Shown here piece by piece: positions 26,603 to 39,106 of a stretch of 64,000 nt of DNA; the stretch's first letter is position 1; each line of letters begins with the position of its first letter. The notes beneath the pieces were generated by a model that was given only the letters and a program-made list of their open reading frames with translations, was not told the origin of the DNA and did not search any database. The stretch covers positions 868,001 to 932,000 of the forward strand of contig NW_026940370.1 in the NCBI RefSeq assembly GCF_032062105.1, in the 5' to 3' direction. A program made the translations under genes and the position numbers. This DNA comes from Saccostrea cucullata (Eukaryota).

Positions 26603-27063
26603 CACTCACTTGGAAAATCAATTGATCATTATTACGTTATTTCTTAAGAGTGGACAAAAAATGTGGAAAAATACACCCTGATTATAAAAATTAAATGTTA
26701 TTTTCTGGATTAAAAATATTTTGAAAGTTGTTAGCTTTTTCGAAGAAGCCATTAAAGGTTTTTGTAATTTTTCCTTTCACCCTTTATTTTCTACAATTAC
26801 TCTCAGAGCTTTCAACACCATGCATATGCTTTTAAAGTAAGTTGAATATTGGTACACATAACATATAACTATAATGGTTCCTAGAAGATCTGTAGAAAGG
26901 TTGAGTATACGTAGGTTATCAGCATCCCATGTAAGCATGTGTTTGTATATGCAAGATAATGTAACCTTTCATAAATTAAATTAAAATTATATAATGTTAC
27001 TTTTTTTGCACAAAAATCTTAAGTCTACACGTTGTTTCAAGTGGAACATAAAAATGTTTGGTT

Positions 27064-28230
27064 TCATCGTGAGGATCGGTTTCTCCGTCCGTTGGACATG
27101 GTAAATGTAGCCTCCCTTCTTACTTGCTGTCGGGGCTGCCTCGCCGTGGTTAGTTCTTTGATTTCCATGCGGGCGACTGGTGGCGGGTTTCTCAGAAAGT
27201 TTTGAAATGCTGCGTTAGTGACAAGATCAATCTGAGGCACAGGATTGTTAGAGATCGCTCTCTCGATTTCCGATTCATATGTATCGGCCTGCACCTCATA
27301 TTTGTTTAAATTCCTCAGAAAATTTTCACCTGGCGGTGCATTGAAAATGCTTTCATAACCTTGCCTTGTTTCTTGTAGTCTGCTAAGTAATGAAGCCATG
27401 TTTCCATCTTCTCTCGGTATATTTTGTCCAGTTTCTCTCACTGTGGATTTCAAATTTTCAATTTCACGAAGACACTGTTGTGTAAATTCGCTAACTCTGT
27501 TTTCGACAGAAGACAAATAATTAAAAGCTTCTGCTTTGCTGTTTTCCAGTTCAGTATCAAAGGGCATTCCATTTCTATTCAAATCCTGTATGTACGAGAG
27601 TTGGTTTTGGAATTTAGTCTTTAACTGTTCTAACTTTGGTGACAATTTTCTCAGTGCTTCTTCAGTGGACAAGCATTCGCATCTATGACGTCTGTGATTC
27701 TGAACTGCACAGTGAGAACAAATTAGAATTGAACATCCTAGGCAAAAGAATTCTAGTTGTCTTGCAGGGTGTTCTAAGCACGTCAGTCCGTTACTTTCGT
27801 GTTGAGGTGGAGGTGGTGCTGGGTTCTGTTGGGGACCTCTTCCAGGCCGTTGGGTTTGTTGTGGCCTGGGTCTAGGATTTACGGGACCTCTTCTAGGTCT
27901 GGCATTGACCTCCGGTTCTGAAGGCGTTGGTCCCTGTTCATGATGTTGAACAGCCTGAAGAAGGCTTGAGATGAAAGTATCCACAGGAAATTTGTCAGCC
28001 CATTGACGGAGAGGTACGTTTGGTCCTGGTCGTCTGACGTCTCCGCGATCGTTTGGGCATTTGAAGTGATCCGCATTTGCACTTCGAACTGATTGATCGA
28101 TGTGATCAGAAAGACACTGCCTGCAAAAAGTATGTCCACAGGGTAGAAGACGGGGATCGTTATAACGTCCTAGACAAATACTGCAGATGAGATAGTCGTT
28201 TTGTAGGTTGTCCACGACGCGTTGAGCCAT
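27064..28230 (-). CDS. TRIM/RBCC-type E3 ubiquitin ligase-like protein, 388 aa, single coding exon
   Basis: RING (CSIC..CGH..CRQC..CPND), Pro/Arg/Gln-rich linker, B-box2 (CLEH...FFCLGC...CSHC...HRRH), predicted coiled-coil region; no recognisable C-terminal domain. Confidence 0.9.
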   Translation of the reverse strand: MAQRVVDNLQNDYLICSICLGRYNDPRLLPCGHTFCRQCLSDHIDQSVRSANADHFKCPNDRGDVRRPGPNVPLRQWADKFPVDTFISSLLQAVQHHEQGPTPSEPEVNARPRRGPVNPRPRPQQTQRPGRGPQQNPAPPPPQHESNGLTCLEHPARQLEFFCLGCSILICSHCAVQNHRRHRCECLSTEEALRKLSPKLEQLKTKFQNQLSYIQDLNRNGMPFDTELENSKAEAFNYLSSVENRVSEFTQQCLREIENLKSTVRETGQNIPREDGNMASLLSRLQETRQGYESIFNAPPGENFLRNLNKYEVQADTYESEIERAISNNPVPQIDLVTNAAFQNFLRNPPPVARMEIKELTTARQPRQQVRREATFTMSNGRRNRSSR

Positions 28231-29458
28231 ATTCTACCCAATACACTACTTATGACATGGTTTGACTGTTGTGTTTCAAAAAGAAGGGCTCCATGTAAAT
28301 ACTTATGTTGAACTTGATAGCATTGATTTTAAATAGGAATACAACCTTTATACTGGCATTTAAACATTTTCTGCTATTGTTCTTTGAAGTCGCATGTGTA
28401 ACCCTTAAAATCGATTTAAATGGCATTATTTAGTAGCTGTCAGGTCTAAACTCTTGATAAGCATACACCGATAAACACTACGTGTGATAGAGAGTATTCA
28501 ATGACAGTTGTTAAGTTGCACAGATTGGACACTATATTTGACTGGGAGCTTTTGAAGGGGAGTTTATTGCAATTCCACATGTCCATTGCAGACTTGCGTT
28601 GTGTTCAAGTGAGACTGGCAGATCTCAAAAATAATTTTCATTCCAAAATCGGTAGTAAGGAACGGTTCTCTTCAAGAAGTTTTGAAAAAGAAGAGATTTT
28701 TGTGAAATCCTTACGACCTCCCCCTCCCTTTGACTTAACTAGTATGGGAAGAAAATGGACGCAAACTTTTTTCTGCAGCTGATGTTAAATGCATGTACTG
28801 CATGTAAGAGCATTCCTTTGATTTACTGAGGATTCTAACACTTTGTGCCCGTTTCAGGAAATAAAAATTGCCATTCAGCCTCTTTTACCTTGTTAAAAAT
28901 TTGTAATGTGTGAATGCAATTTTAAGAACGTATCTTATATATGTTCTTTTTTACTTCAAATTTTTGTTACTTTAACCCTGTCTGGAGATCTTTTTGTCAC
29001 CCGCTTTCACGAAAGCGAGCGGACATTAAATCTCATTCGTCTGTCAGTCTGTCCGTCCGTCACAAAAACTTTAACCTTGGTCATATCTTTTGAATGAGAA
29101 GAGATAGGGCTTTCATATTACGCAGGTATGTACCTGTGACAAGACCTTTCTAAATACACTATGAGTTTTGACCCCGTGACCTTGACCTTGAAGTTTGACC
29201 TTTCAAGAAATTTAAACATTACCATAAAATTGACCATAATTTTTGAATGAGAAGAGATAGGGCTTTCATATTATTCCTAAACACGTGAATTACTTATGAG
29301 AAAATCTTTCTATAAACACTATGATTTTTGACCCCGTGAGCTTGATCTTGAAGTTTGACATACTTTTCAAAAGCTTAAACCTTGGTTATAACTTTTGAAT
29401 GAGAAGAGATATGGCTTTTACATTAAACATGAATATTATCTGTTACAAAACCTTTCTA

Positions 29459-29809
29459 CACAGACGTCGGAACCGGGGGGGGGGGGGGGGGGCTAACCCA
29501 TTTTTTTTCCAAATATATACTTAGTATAGATATTGAACATTGCTGCGTAGGTTTAGCGCCCCACTTTCCACACACACGTCGCAGTATAGGTTAGAAATGG
29601 GGAAAGTGCTGATGTTTGGGAAAAAAAAATTGGTACTGTAGGTCGAAACCCCCCCCCCCCCCACGAAATAGGATTTTCGTGTTGAAATGGACATTTCCTT
29701 TTTTTCTTTTTTTTTTTGCTTGTCAGGTTTTTTTGAAAGTATAATTTTTTTTTTTTTACACTTAGCCCCCCCCCCCCCCCCGACTTTCAATTTGCTTCCG
29801 ACGCTAATG
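29459..29809. mobile_element. 5-bp-TSD MITE (poly-G/C containing family)
   Basis: CACAGACGTCGGAAC...GCTTCCGACGCTAATG; TSD TTCTA. Confidence 0.85.
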
Positions 29810-29822
29810 TTCTAAATACACT

Positions 29823-30224
29823 CAATCGCAACTTCTCGGGCCTTTCCGACTAGCGGAAAAACGACCTGGAATGTATATGGAAGCCGCCATGACAACCCTC
29901 CTTTTTCATGATCTTTGAAATAAATATATGGAGACCTTATATCTGTGGAATGTGGAATTTAACTTTATTCAATGTTATGATATTACTTAAAATATGCTAT
30001 GGAAGGGACTTCTAACTCCGTCTATCCTATATTTGACTAAACAGGAAATGTATAAATTTTTAACATCCGGTGATGTTAATACATTCGAGGCAATCGGCAA
30101 TCATTGGCTGACTCCGCTACGCTCCATTCAAAAATGTGCGAGGTACGAGTCATCCGAGGAACTCCGAGTGCATTCGAGGTTGTTTTTCCGACCTCTGACG
30201 GAAAGACCCGAGATGATGCGATTG
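29823..30224. mobile_element. MITE with 10-bp TSD (Mutator-like by TSD length)
   Basis: CAATCGCAACTTCTCGGGCCTTTCCG...CGGAAAGACCCGAGATGATGCGATTG; TAAATACACT on both sides. Confidence 0.8.
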
Positions 30225-30431
30225 TAAATACACTATGATTTTTTACATCATAACCTTGACCTTGAAGTTTTTCCTACTTTTCAAAATATTAATTTTTTCC
30301 TTATAACTTTTAATTGAGAAGAGATATGGCTTTCATATTTTCGACAAGTGCATTACTTGTGACAAGATATTTCTGAGCATGCTATAATTTCTGACCCCTT
30401 GTCCATGTCCTTCACAATTGACCGAATTTAA

Positions 30432-30465
<34 letters not shown>

Positions 30466-31568
30466 ACTTCGGTGATAACTTCTGAATGACATGATAGGGC
30501 GTTCATATTTGACACAATATGCCATAAAAATTATATCTCACCCATAAAGACACCGAAAGCGAAATTCGTTGAATTTGCTTGTTTTAAATGATTATGTATG
30601 GAAAGCCAACGGGTTCAAAATTCCAACTCTGTAATTCTTAAAATGTACTTATGTAAACCTGAATTTATAAATTGTAAATCTTAAATTCATAATTTGTCAA
30701 TTGTTCTTTCACAATTTGTTAATTATTCTTTCAAAATTTGTTAATTGTAAATTATCCAACATAAATTGAAACGTGTAAAAATGTAAATGCAAGTTATGTC
30801 AATGATCACGTGTAATTCGTAGACTTGCGATTTGTCAACTTACGAAATGTACTTGCGTGATTTGTAAATTATGCAAGGTTGCACATTAAGACGAAAGAGG
30901 GTGCTTTATGGGTGGAAAGTCATTTCGCCCCAAAGGTAAAAAAGATCCTTAACCAACTGAGTTTTGTGATGCATGCATATCATGCCTTCAAACGGTCTCT
31001 TAGACTGTTTACAAATGAGATTTGAGTTTGATGCAAAGGAGATAGGGGATCTAAACACACAAAGCATCGCTCGTACACAGAGGACAGACGCGGATCTCGC
31101 GATTTTTTTTTCCAAAGAGGGGGGGGGGGTGCACCCCAGTCAAAATATTCCATACCAAAAAAAAAAAAAAGAAGAAGAACACAACTTTTAGTGGTTGTGG
31201 TTTGGGGGGGGGGGGGGAAATGTGCACACATCAGTATATACATTTGAAAAACTCTGTACATTTCGGGGGAGGGGGTCCGGTTTCCCAAATCCCCTGTTAA
31301 ATCCACGCACGTAGAGATGCCGAGGGAATAGAACCCAAAAGTTTTTTTTTCAGTTTTATAAAGAAGCGTAAAGACTGGGCACGTAGTATCGGAGGGCTGC
31401 TCCCCCTTCCCGCTTTTTCTCGAACATGTTTTACTGTAATTTAGTATCAAAACCCATCATAACTATGGATCGAATTGTATTATGAAAAAGTAAGAACCAT
31501 ACCACAGCCTCCCCTAGTGTCAATTATTTTTCTGGGTGCCCCTTTCATAAACGTTACTTGGTGCATGA

Positions 31569-31915
31569 CATTGGCACGTCGGAAGCAAATTGAAAGTTGG
31601 GGGGGGGCTAAGTATAAAAAAATTTATACCTTCAAAAAAATCTGACAAGTCAAAAAAAAAAGAAAGGGGGAATGTCCATTTCCCAAACACGAAAATCCTA
31701 TTTCGTGGGAGGGGGGGGGGTGGGGTTCGAACTTCAGTACCAATTTTTTTTTCCAAACACCACCACATTTTTAACCTATACTGCGACGTGTCTGTGGAAA
31801 GTGGGGAGGGGGGGGCTAAACCTACGAAGAAATGTTCAATGTCTATACTAAGTATATATGTGGGAAAAAGTGGGCGGGAGGGCTAAGCAACCCCCCCCCC
31901 GTTCCGACACCTACG
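31569..31915. mobile_element. 5-bp-TSD MITE (opposite orientation to 29459-29809)
   Basis: CATTGGCACGTCGGAAGC...GTTCCGACACCTACG; TSD CATGA. Confidence 0.85.
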
Positions 31916-32613
31916 CATGAGGACTATGTTTTTCACGTGTTCTGTTTTTGTGTGAGCGTTGGACCCAAGGCACGGAAGCCTTTATTCAGAAGTTTATTTT
32001 GTTTCATGAGGATGCATGGAATAAGCTATAAATATGTAACCAAACAAAACTGAGATTCTTCATACCTCCTTGGATGTGTTCGGCTCTATAAAATCATCTG
32101 ATTAATGTATACAAACTCAATGAGTGGTGCAAAACGAAGGATCCCCCCCCCACTTCCTAGTAGTGTGTTAGTCTTGAATTTGATATTATACAATATATTA
32201 ATGCTTATTTATAAACGCAAAAATAGTCATATGTTTGGAAGAAAAAAAGAGAAAAACTACGTACTTAATATATGATCACTTCAAATAATTTTAAAAAAAA
32301 CTCCTGTATACTTTACAAAAACAGGAATGGGTCTGTCAATACATGTATATTTTTAAATTCCAGGATTTTTTTCTAAATGAGGGTGGAGCTTCATGTCCAC
32401 TCAAAAAAAATTCATCCAAACGCAAAAAAAAATTGTGTGTGTGTGCGGGGTGGGGTGGGGGGAGGAGGATGGGCAATTCTTGTTGATAAGCTGTTTGAAA
32501 TATTTATATGACTCTTCAACGTATTTACAGAGAGGTTCATAACATCTGAAGGGGGAGGGGGTCCAAGGTTATTTCCTAATTGTTTTACTGTATAAAGTTC
32601 ATCAATGAAAATC

Positions 32614-33226
32614 TATGGCACGCCAAATTCACAAAAATGAAACAATCATAGTTTCACAATTGATAAACTAGGTTTATCGACTGTAAACTATAGTTTACAA
32701 ACCGTAAACTATAGTTAACGATTCGTTAAGTATAGTTTTCATCTGTAAAACTATATTTAACGGTTGTTAACTATAGTTTACGAAAGTTAATTTAAGTTTA
32801 TCTGTCTGTAATAAAGCGTTAACAATAGATTTTGTTGATAAACATAGATTCACGTTTGTAAACTATAGTTTACAATCGTAAACTATAGTTAAGAGTTGTT
32901 AATCATAGTTTCACGAATTGTGAAACTATATTTATCAGATCGTTAACTATAGTTAACGGTTTGTAAACTATAGTTTACAAATCGTGAAACTGTATTTATC
33001 AGATAATCTATGTTTTGCAATCGCAAATGATTGTTTTCGGTGTTAAGTATAGTTTACGGTTGTGAAACATAGATTATCGCGTTAACTATGGTTTACAGAT
33101 GTGAAATATAGATTAACGTTGTTAACTATAGTTTACGGTTTGTAAACTATAGTTTACAGCCGATAAACCTAGTTTATCGATTGTGAAACTATGATTATCT
33201 CATTTTTGTGAATTTGGCGTGCCATA
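32614..33226. mobile_element. MITE with TATGG termini and 6-bp TSD (same family as 20205-20769)
   Basis: TATGGCACGCCAAATTCAC TIR; TSD AAAATC. Confidence 0.88.
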
Positions 33227-34761
33227 AAAATCCGAGGGGGTCGATCCTGGCCTCTATATAACCCCCAACCCCCATTCTGCCGAATCTGCCAGTAACACTA
33301 CAGAAAAGGCTTTTTTTAAAAATTAGAAAATTATTCAGGATTTTACAAGAGTATACCCCTGTTAATACATCATTATTTACAAACAGTCTTGAATTGCAGT
33401 CATTACAAACCGACATGAAATTAATTTATTCATCAGCCTTTCTTTATATGTTAATGTGGTACGACGTATTTCATCATCATCATCGTCCTTTCCACTCTGT
33501 GGTGTGTATGGCCGTAACAAACTTCCTACACTCTTGTCTATCCTTGGCCAGTTGCGTCAATGATCCTCAGGTCTGGTGCATTGCTGGACGCATTGGGGAA
33601 ATGATTAAATTGTTAAGCAACGAATTAAACTACCACCGTTATAGCGCCCCCTATCGTCTTAATAGGTCATAGCATAATGCAACTTTGCATAATTTACAAA
33701 TCACGCAAGTACAATTTACATTTCAAGTTGATAAATCATAAGTCTACGAATAACACGAGAGCATCGCAAAACTTGCATTTACATTTTACATTTGTCAAAT
33801 TACACATGGATAGTTATAACTAACAAATTGTGAAAAAACAATTGACAGATAATGAAATTAAGATTTACAATTTACAAATTCAGGTTTACATATGTACATT
33901 TTAAGAATTACAGAGTCGGAATTTTGAACCCGTTGGCTTTCCATAATTATGTAATAAGTAATTCTTCAAAGCAACGTTTTAGTCTGATAAGGCCATTCCA
34001 AGTTTTTTCTCTGTTTAGCGTCCACCCATCTTTCAAAAACCTACCTAACTATTCGCAATAAACACACGAGCAAAAACATAAAACACAGGCTTAAAAGTAA
34101 TAAAAATGACGCCCTTCAAATGATTTGATCTAAATAAACTGCTTAATTAAATGCTTATAATACACCCAATATAACTTACTGTACAGTGTTATTTGGGGAA
34201 ATTGGCAAAATTCAAAAATTTCGACTTAATTTATCAATTTCAGGACTCCTGATGTTGTGTGTTTTTTCTTATATGGGGTGTCAAAAACCAAGGCACACGC
34301 GGACGCTAAACATAGAAAAAACTTGGAATGGCCTAAATGAACATGATCGACAGAATCCCTATTTAATGTAAAGAATAGCGTAATATATAAACTATAAATG
34401 AAAGAAATATTACAAAGGATTCATTTTCATTTTTATACAGTATGAGTATTATTTAAATCAAATACATGTAATTAGAAAACACATTTATTGTATTTCACAA
34501 TTCTTTTTTGTAAACTAAATGCATTTTTTTGAGTGATAATTAATACAATTGTGAGGTACATGTGGTGTTGATACTGTAGACACCATGATTAATGTTAACA
34601 ACAGCAGGAAAAGTTGTGATGCCCTTACATGCATTTAAGTTTGGAATGTCGAACGTATTTCGAAAAATAAGACAGTTATTCCTTATATTTACATGCTTTG
34701 TTTCCGCTAATCCACGTGCTACAAGCCCTGCTTCTGTCTAGCTGTTTGTTCCGCCCTGCAC

Positions 34762-34795
<34 letters not shown>

Positions 34796-35971
34796 AACCG
34801 CGCCAATACACTGATGGGGAAATAAAGTACATTTACAATTTGTAATTTTATCTCGGACAAAGACATTGGAAATGTAAATATATTGTGTTGCATCAGCCAA
34901 AGTGTCCCTGTGTCAGCACTATGACAAAAGGCCTGAGGACTTGTATGACATATGAAATGGATTTTACAATTACATGTATTAATTAGCATCTATTTAATAA
35001 ATCGTGTGAGTCCACACAAAGTCATCGAATGATTCGTGCCTTTAAACTTTTTTTCTTTAATAACTTGGATCTATAGAGCTTGCCAAGTTAAGGTAGATGT
35101 GGTGTTGATACTGTAGAAACCATGATTAATGTTAATAACAGCAGGACAAGTTGTGATGCTCTTACATGCATTAGTTTGGAATGTCGAATGTATTTCAAAT
35201 TTTCAACTCAAATAATTAAGATGCCTCATGCATCATTAAAGCGCGCGTGAATTGTTTAGAGGAGAACAACAATCAATTAAAGATTCCATAATTTGATTTA
35301 AGTAAATGTTAAAAAGAAAATATCACCTTAATTAACTAAAACGGTCGTCATGTATATTCATGAATTCATGTAGTGAACAATATAATCCAATTCATTGAAT
35401 TAATGCGTACAATAATTTAATGACGATCGTAAAAATTCGAAAACGCATCGAATTTTTACTCTACTATTTAATTATTGACGCTTTTTAATTTCATTATTGT
35501 TCAGTTGAAGAGAGCAATAAATCAATTAAACAAATTAATTAAAAATATCAATGAATTTTATTTATACACTAATTAAATTAATCAGAGTTGATTCATTGAA
35601 AAAATCAGAATTGAAGATATCGCTATTTTATTGCTGAGATCTGTCGTCGAGTTTTTGGGCGCATTTAAATACTTTGATATCTTGCTTTTATATGTTTAAT
35701 CTAAATTGATAAACTTTCAACTTTTAACGTAACATAGATTTAGTTTAAAACTTATATGTCTTTGACATAAGGATAAGAACTCAAATACTGGATCTTTATT
35801 CCGTAAATTTGAAAATCAAGGTTCAACGGTTCACATTTTCAATCTAACAGATGTTACTAAATTTATATACAAACTTGTTAAAATCACGCTGACATGTAAT
35901 AGCACCGTGTAAATATGAATTGCTTTCAATATATTTCATTCCCTGTCATTTACATCTGCTAACTGAACTCC

Positions 35972-35978
35972 TATAAAA
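35972..35978 (+). promoter_or_regulatory. TATA box candidate of Cys-rich gene A
   Basis: CCTATAAAA upstream of a probable non-coding first exon (donor GTACAT at 36061); conserved in paralog B at ~42008. Confidence 0.55.
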
Positions 35979-36146
35979 TGACTCCTCGTAATTTCAGTCC
36001 TTTAATTAATACAACAGCCGTGCTGCATCCACACCTCTGTGAGCATATTTTGTTAAGGGGGTACATTTCTCTCTGCAATAATTAATCAAAAAATTATTTC
36101 TTATCAAAAATATACTGATACTAAAAAGGTGATTTTCTTGTAGAAA

Positions 36147-37756
36147 ATGAAGCTGTTCTGTGAATTTTCTCTGTATGTTGTTGTAACTGTTCTTGGAGCG
36201 GGTAAGTAAAAAAAAAAAACTACATCTTGTACGCAGGACGGGTAAGTAAACCAAGTGAAAAATATCTCTTTTACAGCATTTTTCGGCAATAAGAAATTAA
36301 TTTACTAGAGTATATTGATTAGAAAGTCTCTATTTAAAAAAAAGTATTTTTTCTGATTAAATTTACATCTATGGTTAGTATGTACACTTCAACTAAAGTT
36401 GCAGATGACTTCCAACCTTGAAGTTTTAGTTAAACTTTATCAACTCTCCTTGTTTTTAAGAGCATTTTTATTTTATTTCTAATACCAATTCTAAACGTTA
36501 CATAATTAGTGTCTGAAATTTACACAGTTTTCATTCACGGTTGAAATATACATGGGATAGAAATTCGGGCGAAAGTCAACGAGTGTAGCAAATATCCAAT
36601 TAAAGCGTCTCGTACGGCAAAAAGGTGGGGCTTAAGTCGTCTCATCGTTGTCAACAACAATTTAAAACTCCTGATTATTTTCTTAACTAATGATAATCTA
36701 TTCGACGTTTGACAGACAATAAATACGTAGCGCCGAGAATGCCACGCCTTACTGAAAGTCCAAGGATGACAGAGAATTGCACTAATGTAAACGCTCTCTT
36801 GTACCTCTGCACAAGGCCTATAAGATTTAACGTGATAAATGTCGATAATTTGGACAATTATACTGTTTCTCTTTTCTTTACAAAACAAGAATCAAAATTA
36901 AAAATTAAGTGTATATTTTAAAATTCATCGCATGCCGCAGAAATCGGAGACTTGGGGCATAGAGTTTATGAGTCTGTCCATCTCTTTATGCCTATCTGCA
37001 AAAACTTTAGAAAATGCCAAATGAAATTACAAAGGGGCATCAGGTTTCACATTTTTTTTAAGTTGCCACTGGATAATTTCAGGATTGGGGTCGGCAGGAG
37101 AAGAAAAATATTTTGACTGCAGCGTCTACTCTGATAAAAAGGATCTTCCGACTAAGAACGTGGACTGTACTCACGACTTCGTGGATGACAAGTTTTACTG
37201 TAAGTCCTGGGAATGCCCGACTCTCGACTGTCCGGAGGAGGAACAAGTTTCTTCATCAGAAGGTTCCTGTTCCGTCTGTCCAGGTAAAATACTGACCACT
37301 TCCACTCCGTTATCCGTATTTCTCGTTTTACTGAAATATCATCATTAAAGATTGTCTATATCTTAGATGTCTAACTGTTCAATAGATTATTCTTCCGAGG
37401 AAAATTACTCTATTCTTTATATTCGATCTGAGTATTCGACCATTCAAAACTTTCTAGGCGTTGGGTTTTTTGGGGGTGGGGTGGAATAGATTGATCACTA
37501 GTAGTTGCCCATTTTCGCGGGGAGTGGGTTAACAAATAATGGTATAACTTGAATGTTACGAAAAATGTGAAAGTATTATTTATATTCTTTTTCAGGAACC
37601 TGCCTAAGTGGAGATAAAATAATCAAAGTGGGAGAATATGACACCTGTTTTGATGGAGTCAACAGATGTGGATGTTTAACCACTGGAAAAGGGATTACCA
37701 CTCTAATGGCAACCAATAAGATAGCTCTCTGTGGCGCACCATCTCCCTCAGATTGA
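36147..37756 (+). CDS. Small secreted cysteine-rich protein, paralog A (138 aa)
   Basis: Coding exons 36147-36201 (signal-peptide-like MKLFCEFSLYVVVTVLGA), 37083-37283, 37596-37756; phase-1 introns; 12 Cys after the signal; AATAAA right after the stop. Partial resemblance to VWC/pacifastin-like spacing. Confidence 0.85.
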
Positions 37757-38418
37757 TTTTTAAATAAAGGATTGGATAGTTTCTGTCTTTTGATATGATT
37801 TTTATAAAGGGTAATATTTTTTGGTTACTTTAAAAATGATAAATATACACACAATCTTGCAAGATTATCAATCTTACAAGTTTAAAATCCTATGCATGCC
37901 TTTGATGAATAATAAACAATGGAATAGTAAATGAAGTTAGTCACAGGTAAACATAGAGGAAAAACATTTTCTATAGTAATACTTAATTCAAATGCTCAAA
38001 ATATAGAAACTTAGGAAAATCTTGCTGAAACTTATACCTATAAATTATATGATATAGCCTATATAAGTATAGCCTAGGGACTTAAGGAGTATGTAACCCC
38101 CCCCCCCCAAAAAAAAAAAAAGAATAATGATAATACATATAATTGAAAATATCTTTAATTATCTGAAAATAGCATCAATTCATATATAGCAACATTTCAG
38201 TTGAAGTCCAGATCTCTTCAAATAAAAAAAGAGATATATTCAATTCTTAATGATTGTGTGCATTAAAACAGTTGTTCATTTAGGCTAGCCATGATGCACA
38301 CTATACAATAGTTTAATATTTCTTAGTACAAATGTACCTGTCTTCAACTCCAATGAGGAAGTCAGCAAATGAATGGATGCACACAAAATAGAGACTATTA
38401 CATACTAAAACATTTATT

Positions 38419-38579
38419 TAAGGAATAACTGTCTTATTTTACGATTTCATGATGTGATCAATCGATTGGGTTGCGTGATAATTTGCATAAACGCTGAAGG
38501 CGTTTATGCATAAAATTATCACGCAAGCCAATCAATTGATCATCGTCATGAAATCGAAAAATAAGACAGTTATTCCTTA
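38419..38579. mobile_element. ~160-bp hairpin terminus of a non-autonomous element
   Basis: TAAGGAATAACTGTCTTATTTT...AAAAATAAGACAGTTATTCCTTA with central TAAACGC-TGAAG-GCGTTTA. Confidence 0.7.
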
Positions 38580-39106
38580 TATTTACATGCTTTGAATCCG
38601 CCAATCCACGTGCTCAAAGCCAAGCTTCTGTCAAGCTGTTTGTTCCGCCCTGCACGTGTCTTTTTTTTTTGGAACCGCGCCAATACACTGATGGGGAATT
38701 AAAGTACATTTACAATTTGTAATTTTATCTCGGACAAAGACATTGGAAATGTAAATATATTGTGTTGCATCAGCCCAAGTGGCCCTGTGTCAGCACTATG
38801 ACAAAAGGCCTGAGGACTTGTATGACATATGAAATGGATTTTACATGTATTAATTAGCATCTATTTAATAAATCGTGTGAGTCCACACAAAGTCATCGAA
38901 TGATTCGTGCCTTTAAACTTTTTTTTCTTTAATAACTTATAGAGCTTGCCAAGTTAAGGTAGATGTGGTGTTGATACTGTAGAAACCATGATTAATGTTA
39001 ATAACAGCACGACAAGTTGTGATGCACTTACATGCGTAAGTTTGGAATGTCGAATGTATTTCAAATTTTCAACTCAAATAATTAAAGATGCCTGATGCAT
39101 CATTAA

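Larger units (their letters stand above)
28990..30523 (+). mobile_element. HINE-type element with satellite core, interrupted by two nested MITEs
   Basis: TTTTTGTCACCCGCTTTCACGAAAGCGAGCGGACA start, GTCC microsatellite, repeated TTTGAATGAGAAGAGATAGGGCTTTCATA units; same family as 59610-60660 in opposite orientation. Right edge approximate. Confidence 0.75.
30597..33945. mobile_element. 3.35-kb non-autonomous element with long TIRs, TATGG termini and 6-bp TSD; contains nested MITEs
   Basis: TATGGAAAGCCAACGGGTTCAAAATTCC...GGAATTTTGAACCCGTTGGCTTTCCATA; imperfect TIRs of ~270 bp; ATTATG at 30591-30596 and 33946-33951. Confidence 0.85.

Noticed and set aside
29521-32053. Short ORFs such as MKVGGGG... 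(also 45134-45406)
   Set aside because: They lie in copies of a non-coding MITE with variable homopolymer tracts; frames are not conserved between copies.
36230-36247. Possible micro-exon CAG|GACGG|GTAAGT in Cys-rich gene A
   Set aside because: The preceding intron would be only ~35 nt, a 5-nt exon would shift frame, and the donor is altered in paralog B.
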